Source: an uncultured delta proteobacterium (GTDB taxonomy: Bacteria; Desulfobacterota; Binatia; UBA9968). Taken from it: a stretch of 64,000 bases of DNA. The stretch is taken from positions 288,001-352,000 of the forward strand of contig CAWFJP010000014.1 of NCBI GenBank assembly GCA_963816145.1, read 5' to 3'. Positions within the stretch are counted from its first letter, which is position 1; every line of letters starts with the position of its first letter. The notes under the pieces are model-generated. The model saw only the letters and a program-made list of their open reading frames with translations, did not search any database and was not told where the DNA came from. Both the position numbers and the translations under genes were made by a program. Shown one piece after another: positions 9,612 through 18,854 of the stretch.

Positions 9612-11097
9612 GAAGCGCTCGCAAGTGGCGCCGCCAAAACTGCTGTTCGAGAGGGGCTCGCCTGGGCGCAGCGCCATCGACTGGGCGGCAGAGGGCGATA
9701 AGATCGAGGCCTCGATCCCGTCCCATCTGCTGCGCCGGGATATCGACGGCTTTCCCGAGCTCGGCGAGCTTGAAGTGCTGCGCCATTTCACCGGATTATC
9801 GCAGCGTAATTTCTCGATCGAGAGCCAGTTCTATCCGTTGGGCTCTTGCACGATGAAATACAATCCCAAGATCAACGAAGCGGTGGCGCGCTTTCCCGGC
9901 TTCGCGCAGCTCCATCCGCTGGCTGCTCCCGAACATCTGCAAGGCGCGCTGGCGGTGCTCTTCGAGCTCGAGCGGATGCTGGCCGAAGTAAGCGGCATGG
10001 AGCATGTCAGTTTGCAGCCATCCGCCGGCGCTCAGGGCGAGCTGACCGGCTTAATGCTGATCCGGGCTTTTTTAAGCGAGCAGGGCAACCCGCGCAAGAA
10101 CATCATCGTTCCTGATACTGCGCACGGCACGAACCCGGCGAGTTCGACGTTGTGTGGTTACGACGTGATCCAGATTTCCTCCAACGACAAAGGGGTAATC
10201 AGTGCTGCGGCGGTGGAAAAGGTTACGGATGACGATGTCGCGGCGATCATGATCACCAATCCCAATACCTTGGGTCTGTTCGAGACCAATATCGAAGCGA
10301 TCGCGCAGATCGTTCATGCCAAGGGCGGTTTGGTCTATTTGGATGGAGCGAATCTAAATGCGCTCATGGGTGTCGCCAAACCCGGCCATATGGGCGTCGA
10401 TGTTTTGCACATGAATTTGCACAAGACCTTCTCCACGCCTCATGGCGGCGGCGGGCCGGGGGCGGGACCGGTGGGGGTAAAAGCACAACTGTGCGATTAT
10501 TTGCCGGTGCCGCGCGTGATCAAATCCGGCGACGGCTATGGCTTGGACGAAAACTTTGCCAAATCGGTGGGCCGGGTGCGCTCCTTTCTCGGCAACTTCG
10601 GCGTGCTCTTGCGCGCTTATACTTACATGCTTTCACTCGGCGGCGACGGGCTTGAAGAGGCGAGCCGCATGGCGTTGTTGAATGCCAACTACATTCGCAG
10701 GAAACTCGACAAGAGTTACCAGCTCGCCTACGACGAACCGTGCATGCACGAGTGCATTTTTACCGATCGCATGCAGCACAGGAATGGCGTGAGCACTCTG
10801 GATATTGCCAAGCGGCTGCTCGACTATGGTTATCATCCGCCGACGATTTATTTTCCGCTGGTGGTTTCCGGCGCTTTGATGATCGAGCCAACCGAAACTG
10901 AAACGCCCGAAACCTTGGATGGATTTTGTGCAGCGATGGTGGCCATCGCTGAGGAAGCGAAAGTCGACCCCGAGCTGGTCAAGAGCGCGCCGCATTCGAC
11001 GCCGGTGCGTCGTCTTGACGAGGCGCGCGCCGCACGCAAGCCGGTGCTACGCTGGGACGACAGTGCGCTTCGCGATAGCCCCACCGACAAATCATGA
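9589..11097 (+). CDS. gcvPB: Glycine dehydrogenase subunit 2
   Basis: PLGSCTMKYNP, AHGTNPAS, PLP motif NLHKTFSTPHGGGGPG, MIEPTETE. Confidence 0.96.
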   Translation: MSEPAQDKKRSQVAPPKLLFERGSPGRSAIDWAAEGDKIEASIPSHLLRRDIDGFPELGELEVLRHFTGLSQRNFSIESQFYPLGSCTMKYNPKINEAVARFPGFAQLHPLAAPEHLQGALAVLFELERMLAEVSGMEHVSLQPSAGAQGELTGLMLIRAFLSEQGNPRKNIIVPDTAHGTNPASSTLCGYDVIQISSNDKGVISAAAVEKVTDDDVAAIMITNPNTLGLFETNIEAIAQIVHAKGGLVYLDGANLNALMGVAKPGHMGVDVLHMNLHKTFSTPHGGGGPGAGPVGVKAQLCDYLPVPRVIKSGDGYGLDENFAKSVGRVRSFLGNFGVLLRAYTYMLSLGGDGLEEASRMALLNANYIRRKLDKSYQLAYDEPCMHECIFTDRMQHRNGVSTLDIAKRLLDYGYHPPTIYFPLVVSGALMIEPTETETPETLDGFCAAMVAIAEEAKVDPELVKSAPHSTPVRRLDEARAARKPVLRWDDSALRDSPTDKS

Positions 11098-11111
11098 ACC
11101 GGTCCTTCGGT

Positions 11112-11969
11112 TCAACGCGTGTCGCGGTAATTCAGCCGATTATCGTTATACTCCATCGAAGCCGAGATCGTCACCGGACCGCCCTTGATCCAAGACGGAA
11201 TCGGCGGGAACGGCGCGGCGGCTCTGATCGCGCGTAGCGCTTCGTCGTCGAGCAGTTGTGAGCCGGACGATCGAATGATACGCAGTTGTTCCAGTTGGCC
11301 GTTGGCGCCGATGGCGAACTCCAGCGACAGCCGGCCTTGCAGGCCGTAACGCAGTGCCAGCTCCGGGTACTCCCAGTTTTGCTCGATCGCCATTTTGATC
11401 CGGTTGAAGTAACTGACGTAGACGGGATCTTTTGTGTTCAGACTGACAGGCGCGCTGTTTCTGCCGCCGCCGCTCGAATAGGTGATCGGCGGTAACAGCT
11501 CTTTCACCGTCGGCAGCCGGCGTTCGCCAACCTCGCTCTTTGCGATGGGAATTTCACGTTGATTGGTCGGCGCTGTCGGCACCGGCAGTCCCGCCACTGC
11601 TTCGTCGCGGTTGCGTTCGGCATCGGGGGCCTTTTCCGTAGCGGGAGCGGCTTTCTCACCGCTGGTAGCGCGGGCTCTCTCGCCGCGCTCGCGGGGCTTT
11701 TCCAACCGCGGCGCTGATTCCTGCCGGCTAGCAAACTTTGAATCCTTCTTGGCGACGATTGCCGGTGTCTTGGTGACTTTGGTTGGTGCCGGTGGCCCAG
11801 CGCCCGTGTCCTTGGCGCTCGGCGGCATGAGGGAAACCGCGATCGGTGGCGGCGCCGAGCGAGTGCGCGTCGCTAACTTCTGTGCCAAGACGAAGTAGGC
11901 GAACACCGCGGCGTGGAGCGCCAGCGACAGGCCGAAGAAGCGCGCGAGGGTGATGTTCAACGGAGCCAC
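11112..11969 (-). CDS. Energy transducer TonB family protein
   Basis: N-terminal TM SLALH, Pro-rich linker, C-terminal YPELA...SSGSQLLDDEA...PFPP. Confidence 0.88.
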   Translation of the reverse strand: MAPLNITLARFFGLSLALHAAVFAYFVLAQKLATRTRSAPPPIAVSLMPPSAKDTGAGPPAPTKVTKTPAIVAKKDSKFASRQESAPRLEKPRERGERARATSGEKAAPATEKAPDAERNRDEAVAGLPVPTAPTNQREIPIAKSEVGERRLPTVKELLPPITYSSGGGRNSAPVSLNTKDPVYVSYFNRIKMAIEQNWEYPELALRYGLQGRLSLEFAIGANGQLEQLRIIRSSGSQLLDDEALRAIRAAAPFPPIPSWIKGGPVTISASMEYNDNRLNYRDTR

Positions 11970-12059
11970 GATAGTGTATTTAACTTATATCGATCGGAAA
12001 GATTCGTCGATACTTGTTTTTTGCCAGGGCGCGATGGCCGCTAGGCGTCTGGAGGACCG

Positions 12060-12248
12060 ATGTTTGGTTTTGGCGTAGGCGAATTACTGGTTGTGCTGGT
12101 TATTGTCCTGGTGCTGTTCAGCAACCGCTTGCCGGACCTCGGTGAGGGTCTCGGCAAGAGCATTCGCAAGTTCCGCAAGGCAGTCAACCAGCCCGATGAA
12201 ATCGATGTCACGCCGAAAAAGGATTCAGACGAACCTAACAAACCTTGA
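12060..12248 (+). CDS. tatA: Twin-arginine translocase TatA/E subunit
   Basis: [13 protein letters not shown]...[18 protein letters not shown]; GGAGG RBS. Confidence 0.9.
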   Translation: MFGFGVGELLVVLVIVLVLFSNRLPDLGEGLGKSIRKFRKAVNQPDEIDVTPKKDSDEPNKP

Positions 12249-12252
12249 CTTA

Positions 12253-13308
12253 TCAAACTGCGCCGTCGGCGAGCACCACTTCCAAGCTGAAGTCTTTGGC
12301 CTGCTTGGCCGGTTTCAAAAATACCACCGTAAAAGGAATGGAATCTCCCGGCGGCAGCTCGAAACTCTTGAGCGGTTTGAGATCTTGCAAGTGCGGTATA
12401 TCTTCCGCGGTCATGCCGCGGATGATCTTCGGTGAGATCGTATTGCCGATCCAGATGGTTTGTCTTTCCAGCTCTTTACCCGCGGTATTGAATACCTTGC
12501 CGGTTACCTTCACCTCGCGAATCACCACTGGATTCTGATTGATCGCCACGCCGGTAAGGACCAACACCTCGCGGTTGCCTTGAATGTTCTCGTAGCCCGT
12601 GCGCAAGGATTGCAGCACGACGCCATCCTTTAGGTGGTTGTTTTTCAGCACGGCAGCGCCGACCCAGGGAATCTTTTTTACCAGACTTTCCATCGCCGCC
12701 GGTTTGGCGTTGGTCATCGCTGCCAGCAAAGAAAATCCGAGAAGTAAGAGTCCAAACAAACTCAAATAGGGCCGGATCGAGGCGCGCTGGTCGACATAGG
12801 AAGACATCGCCAGGATGTTGGTTGTTGAAGTTGCGTTGTCCTCTTTTAATCCTGGGGCGGCGAATGCGCGTTCGTCCGCTTCGAAGTTTTTCGCTATGTC
12901 GACGATCTTTTCCGGTTCGCGATTCTCCGCGGCGGCAAGCATGGTAAACGGGGTCTCGGAAAGCTGCCCTGCCGGTTCGGGGTTCAACGACCATTGTTCG
13001 GGCGCAGGGGAAATCGCTGGATCTGATTGAGTATTCGATGACTTTATGGTTTGCGTGGCGCTCTCGTCGGCTTCGCTAACCGCTGCCGGTGACGGCGAAA
13101 AGCTGAAGCTTAGTTCGCGGTCCTGCGGCTCCAGGGTAGCCTCCGACGCGCTGGCCGCGGGTGTCACCGCCATGATCGGCACCGATTCTGCGCCTTCAAG
13201 TTCAAAGGTATGTTTGCAGCGCGAGCAGCGAAACGCCGGTGCGGCGCCTTTGACGACCTCATCGGCGACCTTGTAGGTGGTGCGGCAACTCGGACATTTA
13301 ACTAGCAT
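12253..13308 (-). CDS. Zinc-ribbon / DUF3426-like membrane-anchored protein
   Basis: N-terminal CPSC...RCSRC (MJ0042-type finger), low-complexity linker, single TM, C-terminal beta domain. Confidence 0.78.
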   Translation of the reverse strand: MLVKCPSCRTTYKVADEVVKGAAPAFRCSRCKHTFELEGAESVPIMAVTPAASASEATLEPQDRELSFSFSPSPAAVSEADESATQTIKSSNTQSDPAISPAPEQWSLNPEPAGQLSETPFTMLAAAENREPEKIVDIAKNFEADERAFAAPGLKEDNATSTTNILAMSSYVDQRASIRPYLSLFGLLLLGFSLLAAMTNAKPAAMESLVKKIPWVGAAVLKNNHLKDGVVLQSLRTGYENIQGNREVLVLTGVAINQNPVVIREVKVTGKVFNTAGKELERQTIWIGNTISPKIIRGMTAEDIPHLQDLKPLKSFELPPGDSIPFTVVFLKPAKQAKDFSLEVVLADGAV

Positions 13309-13465
13309 GAAAAATCCTCTATCGGATTCGGCGCATTCGGACGAAATTTGAGGGTAACTGATGCGATTCTAGGTTAATTGACGAAAAGTGCAAGGATTTA
13401 TGTTAATGAGTTGTTTTAAACGCTGAATAATCGTTTTCTGATGGCGTCTAAAAGGCAGGATCGTT

Positions 13466-14020
13466 GTGGAGCTGAGCGATTGGCAACTGGTTGAGAAGTG
13501 CCAGGCGGGGGATGTAGATGCATTCCAGAAACTGGTCTCGCGCTATCATCAGAAAGTCTTCATGGTGATCCTCGGGCTTATGCGCAACCGCGAGGACGCA
13601 CTGGAAGTGGCCCAGGAAACTTTTTTCCGGGCCTATCGAAAGATCAAAAGCTTTCAAGGCGGCTCGTCGTTCTATACATGGATCTATCGGATCGCGGTTA
13701 ACAACGCGATCGACGCCCAACGCAAGCAAAAGCGCAACCCGTTGGACTTTCACGAGACCATGGATGGGTTTTTCGAAGCGCGCAACGAGGTCGCCAGGGA
13801 TCCTTTCTCGGATGTTCACGACCGGGAATTGCGCGAGACCATGGCCAAGGCGATTAACGAATTGACACCAGAGCACAAAGCCGTCATCGTATTGAGAACC
13901 ATTGAAGGGATGTCTTACAAGGACATTGGCGAGATTCTTGGTTGCTCTGAGGGCACGGTGATGAGCCGGCTGCATTACGCAAGAAAGAAATTGCAGGATA
14001 AGTTGAGTGCCTTTTTATGA
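13466..14020 (+). CDS. ECF RNA polymerase sigma factor
   Basis: DALEVAQETF, SSFYTWIYRIAVN, GTVMSRLHYARKKL. Confidence 0.94.
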   Translation: MELSDWQLVEKCQAGDVDAFQKLVSRYHQKVFMVILGLMRNREDALEVAQETFFRAYRKIKSFQGGSSFYTWIYRIAVNNAIDAQRKQKRNPLDFHETMDGFFEARNEVARDPFSDVHDRELRETMAKAINELTPEHKAVIVLRTIEGMSYKDIGEILGCSEGTVMSRLHYARKKLQDKLSAFL

Positions 14021-14547
14021 ACCAATGCGAAACCATTCGAGAATCCATCGGCCGTTGGCTGGACGGCGAGTTACAAACTGCCGACAGCGAAGCGGTGCGC
14101 CGCCATGTGGAAGGTTGTCCCGACTGCGCAGCCGCGCGTCAGCGATTGGAAAAAATCCAAGCCATGCTCGGCAACCTTCTGACGGCGGAAGCGTCGCAGC
14201 TTGAGTTCGCGCCGTTCTGGCGTGAGGTGCGCCGCCGTATCGAAGAAAAGCGGCCGTGGCATGAAGAGCTGATCGAGTGGGCGCAATCCTTGTTGATCGC
14301 TCCGCGGCTGGCCTGGGCAGTTCCGGCGGCGATTATGGTGTTACTGGGTCTCTTATCCCTTGCCAAATGGCCGGTCGGCGGTCAGGTTAGCAACTACGCT
14401 TCGGTGGAGTCGATTGACACCCATGGTCGCAACGTCGCGCTCTTGCGCGAGGACAAAACCAAGACGACGATTATTTGGCTTTATCAAGATCCGGAAGGTG
14501 AAAGCGAGAATGTGGAAGAAGCTACGAAATCCGGTCCTGCTTTTTAG
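14017..14547 (+). CDS. Zinc-finger (zf-HC2) anti-sigma factor
   Basis: WLDGEL...HVEGCPDC, one TM; overlaps sigma stop. Confidence 0.88.
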   Translation: MNQCETIRESIGRWLDGELQTADSEAVRRHVEGCPDCAAARQRLEKIQAMLGNLLTAEASQLEFAPFWREVRRRIEEKRPWHEELIEWAQSLLIAPRLAWAVPAAIMVLLGLLSLAKWPVGGQVSNYASVESIDTHGRNVALLREDKTKTTIIWLYQDPEGESENVEEATKSGPAF

Positions 14548-14971
14548 CCTGGCTTTGGTATCGGCCGCCAGCTGGCTGCATGCTGCGGATAGCGCTTCCC
14601 AATCCGTACAAGTGACGGTCCGATCGATTTTGGCTGGCAGTAAAAGCGATGAGTTCGACCCAAAACTCAAAAGCCTGGAGCAGCAACTCAAACCATTGAA
14701 ACACCGTTCCTACCGGGCGCTGAAGGATGAGACCCAGACCATTCCTTGGCAGGGCAGTAAGGTGTTTGAAATCCCTGGCGGCCGCTCTCTCACGATCGTA
14801 CCCCAGGAGTTTCAAAATGATCGGATTGGTTTAAAGATTCGTTTGACCCAAGGTGACAAACCGCTGATCGACACCACGGTCAAGATTGCAAATAAGGGGA
14901 ATATTATTCTTGGCGGACCTGCTCATGAGGGCGGTTCATTGGTTTTGTCAATCTCCGCTGCGTCGCAGTAA
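14510..14971 (+). CDS. Putative secreted protein, third gene of the ECF operon
   Basis: In-frame ATG at 14510 gives signal-peptide-like MWKKLRNPVLLFSLALVSAASWLHA. Confidence 0.65.
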   Translation: MWKKLRNPVLLFSLALVSAASWLHAADSASQSVQVTVRSILAGSKSDEFDPKLKSLEQQLKPLKHRSYRALKDETQTIPWQGSKVFEIPGGRSLTIVPQEFQNDRIGLKIRLTQGDKPLIDTTVKIANKGNIILGGPAHEGGSLVLSISAASQ

Positions 14972-14979
14972 CGATACCC

Positions 14980-15243
14980 TTAATCGATTACGTTTTTCTC
15001 GATCGGCTCGACGCTAACGCCCTTTCCTTTGAGCCAACTGATAGCCTTTGCCACCTCGATCTCTTTGCCATCTATATCCAACGCCAATAGCGCCAGCTCC
15101 GCGGTGACGGTGGAGCTGCGAATATTGAAGATCACGTCGAATTGCTTCGATAACAGGCTCAAGACCGGTTCTTTAATCAAGCCTTTAGGGAAGGTGAGAT
15201 AGACGCGCTCGCGTACAGAATCGGGTTTTACTTTTGTTGCCAT
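14980..15243 (-). CDS. Stand-alone NIL domain protein
   Basis: VYLTFPKGLIKEPVL...FDVIFNIR...AISWLKGKGVSVEPIE; in-frame ATG at 15243. Confidence 0.8.
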   Translation of the reverse strand: MATKVKPDSVRERVYLTFPKGLIKEPVLSLLSKQFDVIFNIRSSTVTAELALLALDIDGKEIEVAKAISWLKGKGVSVEPIEKNVID

Positions 15244-15247
15244 GGCG

Positions 15248-16249
15248 TCAAATCGAAAATTTAAGATTGCCGACCGCGGCGCGGTCGCGCCAGCCGACCC
15301 ATAAGTTAGTTGTGAGATATTTATCGCCAAAGTCAGGGAAAAGCGTAACCACCGTTCCCGAGCGCAGTTTGCGCGCGACTTGTAGCGCGGCGAACAGCGC
15401 GGCACCCGAAGATTGGCCCACCAGCACACCTTCATCCTGACTCAAGCGGTAAACCATCGCATAGGCATCCTCCGTCGACACCGGAATCTTGGAGTCGAGC
15501 TCTTCCTCGTGATAAATGCCCGGCACGATGGAGCTCGCCATATGTTTCAGCCCTTCGAGACCGTGCAGCGCGTCGTCCGGTTCGACGGCGATCACCTGGA
15601 TCGATCGATTGACTTCTTTCAGATAGCGGCCGGTGCCCATGATCGTACCGCCGGTGCCAATGCCGGCGACGAAATGGGTAATGGCTTGATCGGTTTGGCG
15701 GTAAATCTCCGGCCCGGTATTTTCATAGTGGGCCTGCGGGTTCATCGGGTTGAAGTATTGATCGGGTTTAAAATATTTCTCCGGATCGGCGTCGAGGAGT
15801 TTTCTGCATAGACGGATGGCGCCGTCGGATCCTTCCATCGGATCGCTAAAAATCATTTTGGCGCCATAGGCGTTGATAATTTGCTTGCGTTCGACGCTTA
15901 CGTTGGCGGGGATCACCAGCTCGACTGGATAGCCGAGGACAGCACCGATCATCGCCAAGGCGATGCCGGTATTGCCTGAAGTCGAGTCGAGAATAGTTTT
16001 CCCGGGCCTTAACTTCTGGGTCCGCAGTCCTTCTTGAATCATGCGCCATGCCGGACGGTCTTTTACTGACCCGCCTGGATTGCAGCCTTCCAACTTAGCG
16101 AACACTTTGACGCCTTTCGGAAGGCCTTCGCCGAGCCTGCGAATTTCCAAGAGCGGCGTGTTGCCGATCAGATCAAGGATCGACTCGACCTTGCTCGGCC
16201 CTTCGGGGCTGGCTGGAACCAGGCGCAAATTGGGAGAAGTTTGGACCAT
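15248..16249 (-). CDS. cysM: PLP-dependent cysteine synthase (CysM/CysK family)
   Basis: IGNTPL, NPGGSVKDR, TSGNTG, GIGTGGT; in-frame ATG at 16249. Confidence 0.88.
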   Translation of the reverse strand: MVQTSPNLRLVPASPEGPSKVESILDLIGNTPLLEIRRLGEGLPKGVKVFAKLEGCNPGGSVKDRPAWRMIQEGLRTQKLRPGKTILDSTSGNTGIALAMIGAVLGYPVELVIPANVSVERKQIINAYGAKMIFSDPMEGSDGAIRLCRKLLDADPEKYFKPDQYFNPMNPQAHYENTGPEIYRQTDQAITHFVAGIGTGGTIMGTGRYLKEVNRSIQVIAVEPDDALHGLEGLKHMASSIVPGIYHEEELDSKIPVSTEDAYAMVYRLSQDEGVLVGQSSGAALFAALQVARKLRSGTVVTLFPDFGDKYLTTNLWVGWRDRAAVGNLKFSI

Positions 16250-16271
16250 CTTCGCTGCCAAATTCGCTCGC

Positions 16272-16550
16272 CTAGTGTCCGCCGGCGATGGCGGGCACGA
16301 TCGAAATGTTGTCGCCTTCCTTGAGCGCGGTGTCGAGATTCTGCAAAAAGCGAATATCATCGCCGTTCACATAAACGTTGACAAAGCGGCGCACTTTGCC
16401 GGTTTCATCGCAGATGCGTTCTTTGATGCCGGGATAATTTTTTTCCAAATCATCGACGAGTGACTTGACGTTGCTCCCTTGAGCATTCACTTCGTCGGAC
16501 CCCTGGGTATACTTACGGAGCGGAGTGGGGACACGAACTCGCACGGACAT
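16272..16550 (-). CDS. MoaD/ThiS (CysO-like) sulfur carrier ending GG-H
   Basis: VRVPTPLR, RRFVNVYVNGDDIRF, PAIAGGH-stop; GAGGAGG RBS. Confidence 0.9.
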   Translation of the reverse strand: MSVRVRVPTPLRKYTQGSDEVNAQGSNVKSLVDDLEKNYPGIKERICDETGKVRRFVNVYVNGDDIRFLQNLDTALKEGDNISIVPAIAGGH

Positions 16551-16651
16551 AACGAACCTCCTCACAGTTCTATATGAAATTAACTTGTGGAGGCAGAATA
16601 ATCCTTCACCCAGCGCCTTGCAAGGTGATCCTTTGCGGTCGTCTCAAGCGC

Positions 16652-17914
16652 TCAGCCTCCGTTGTGGCGCTGGCCTGCGGTTCGGTCCAACACCCGCAAC
16701 AAGTCATCGAATTGCTCCAACCTGGCGGCGATCCCATGAGGTTTGCCGATACTGCCCGCCACTGCCTCTAGGCTCTTAAAGCCGTTGCCGGTGATGCTGA
16801 TGACGATCGATTCACCGCGCGGAATGCGTCCTTGTTCGATGAGCTTCTTGGTCACCGCCACTTCGGTGCCGCCGGCCGGTTCAGTGAAAATACCTTCGGT
16901 ACGGGCGAGCAGTTTGATGGCATCGACAATTTCGCCATCGCTGGCGGATTCGCCCCAGCCGCCGGTGTTGCGCACGGTATGGATCACGTCGTAGCCATCG
17001 GCCGGATCGCCGATGGCGATGGAGGTGGCGATGGTGTTGGGTTTTACCGGTGTCACTACGTCGGTGCCTTGGTGCAAGGCGTTGATGATCGGCGCGCAGC
17101 CGCTCGCTTGGGCCGAATAGATTTTGCACCGGTTGTCTTCGATCAGGCCGACTCTGGCGAGCTCATCAAAGCTTTTGGCCAGGCGCGGTAGGATCGTGCC
17201 GCCGGCTGAAGCGACGACGACATGTTGCGGCAGTTTCCAACCCAATTGCTCGGCGATCTCAAACCCCTGGGTCTTGGCGCCTTCGGCGTAGTAGGGGCGC
17301 AGGTTGACGTTGACGAACGCCCAGCGATACTTGTCGCCGATCTCGCTGCATAGCCTATTGACGTCATCGTAATTGCCCTTGACCGCTATCACATGGGGGC
17401 CGTAGATCGCTGAACCGATAATTTTCGCCGGTTCGAGGTCGTCGGGAATAAACACATAGCAACTCAATCCCGCCACCGCGGCGTGAGCGGCTACCGAGTT
17501 GGCCAAGTTACCGGTGGATGCGCAGGCCACCGTGTCGAAACCGAACTCCAGCGCCTTGGAAATCGCCACCGCGACCACCCGGTCCTTATAAGAAAATGTC
17601 GGATGATTGACCGAATCGTCTTTGATGTACAGTTCCTTTACCCCAAGGGCGGCGCCGAGACGCTGGGCGCGCACCAGCGGCGTAAAGCCGGAGTAGAGCC
17701 CGACGCGCGGTTCGCCGTCGATGGGCAGGAGTTCGCGATAGCGCCAGAGATTGTGCGGCCGCGCGGTGATTTTTTCGCGGCTGATGGAGTTTTTGATGCT
17801 GTCGTAATCGTATCGAATGTCGAGGGGGCCGAAACAGTTGTCGCACACATGGGTTGGCTGGTTGGCGTACTGTTTTTTGCACTCGCGGCACTCAAGGCCT
17901 TGCACGTAACTCAT
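16652..17914 (-). CDS. thrC: Threonine synthase family PLP enzyme
   Basis: Own ATG at 17914 (MSYVQGLECREC); NHPTFSYKDR, ASTGNLANS, EGAKT, TEPAGG. Confidence 0.85.
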   Translation of the reverse strand: MSYVQGLECRECKKQYANQPTHVCDNCFGPLDIRYDYDSIKNSISREKITARPHNLWRYRELLPIDGEPRVGLYSGFTPLVRAQRLGAALGVKELYIKDDSVNHPTFSYKDRVVAVAISKALEFGFDTVACASTGNLANSVAAHAAVAGLSCYVFIPDDLEPAKIIGSAIYGPHVIAVKGNYDDVNRLCSEIGDKYRWAFVNVNLRPYYAEGAKTQGFEIAEQLGWKLPQHVVVASAGGTILPRLAKSFDELARVGLIEDNRCKIYSAQASGCAPIINALHQGTDVVTPVKPNTIATSIAIGDPADGYDVIHTVRNTGGWGESASDGEIVDAIKLLARTEGIFTEPAGGTEVAVTKKLIEQGRIPRGESIVISITGNGFKSLEAVAGSIGKPHGIAARLEQFDDLLRVLDRTAGQRHNGG

Positions 17915-17936
17915 GTGAATGGCTCTCGCGATTGAG

Positions 17937-18724
17937 TCAGCCGAGCTGGATGAAGGATGGCGCGCCGGCGCCGCAGGCGGCGCACTGCGGATCGCGTCTG
18001 ACTTCGACCTCGCGGAAACGCAGGTTCTTGGCGTCATAGACCAACAAGCGATCGGTGAGCAAGCCCGTCTGTCAAATCCTGCCAAGTATTTCACCGCTTC
18101 GGTGGCCTGAATCGTGCCGATGGTGCCGGCCACGGCGCCGAGGATGCCGGAGGCTTGGCAGTTCAAGATTTCCTCAGGCGGCGGCGGAGTTTTAAACAGG
18201 CAGCGGTAACAAGCGCTTCTGCCCGGCACCACGGTCATTACTTGGCCTTGCAAACGCACGATGCCAGCGTGGGAGAATGGGATACCGAGCTTGATCGCGA
18301 CGTCGTTGACGAGAAATTTTGTCTCGAAGTTGTCGCTGCCGTCGACGATGAAGTCGAAGCCCGCGGCGATCTGTTCCGCATTGCTCGCATCGAAGCGCAC
18401 GGGATGGGTTTTGACTTCGACATCGGGATTAAGTTTCGTCAGCGTCGCTTTGGCCGACTCGACTTTCGGTCGGCCGATATCCGCGGTGGCGTGGAGGATC
18501 TGGCGCTGGAGATTCGACAGCTCCACTTTGTCCGCGTCGACGATGCCCAGCGTACCGATGCCGGCGGCGGCTAAATAAAGCGCTGCCGGCGAGCCCAACC
18601 CACCGGCACCGATGACCAGTACGCGTGATCGGCATAGTCGCATTTGCGCCTTGCCACCGAGGTCCGGGACCATGATCTGGCGGCTGTAGCGTTCGATTTG
18701 CTCGGTAGTCAGTCGGTCGAACAT
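17937..18724 (-). CDS. moeB: HesA/MoeB/ThiF adenylyltransferase, frameshifted near 18066
   Basis: RYSRQ, GAGGLGSP, ELSNLQRQ, DGSDNF, CYRC; the family C-terminus (LLVYDAKNLRFREVEVRRDPQCAACG, stop at 17937) lies in another frame. Confidence 0.85.
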
Positions 18725-18854
18725 AGCTCTCCGCGTACTCGGTCAGAGATTTCTTGTGGTGCACTCGGATTGCGAAGTTGCTTGGCAAGCTAACTTACCC
18801 GCGGCGGCGAAGTCAACCAGGGATCGCCGTCGCGCGCGCCAAAGCTTCAGCCGG

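Noticed and set aside
16652-18724. Novel MoeB-threonine synthase fusion protein
   Set aside because: The true MoeB C-terminus and stop are in another frame and thrC has its own start, so the fusion is a frameshift product.
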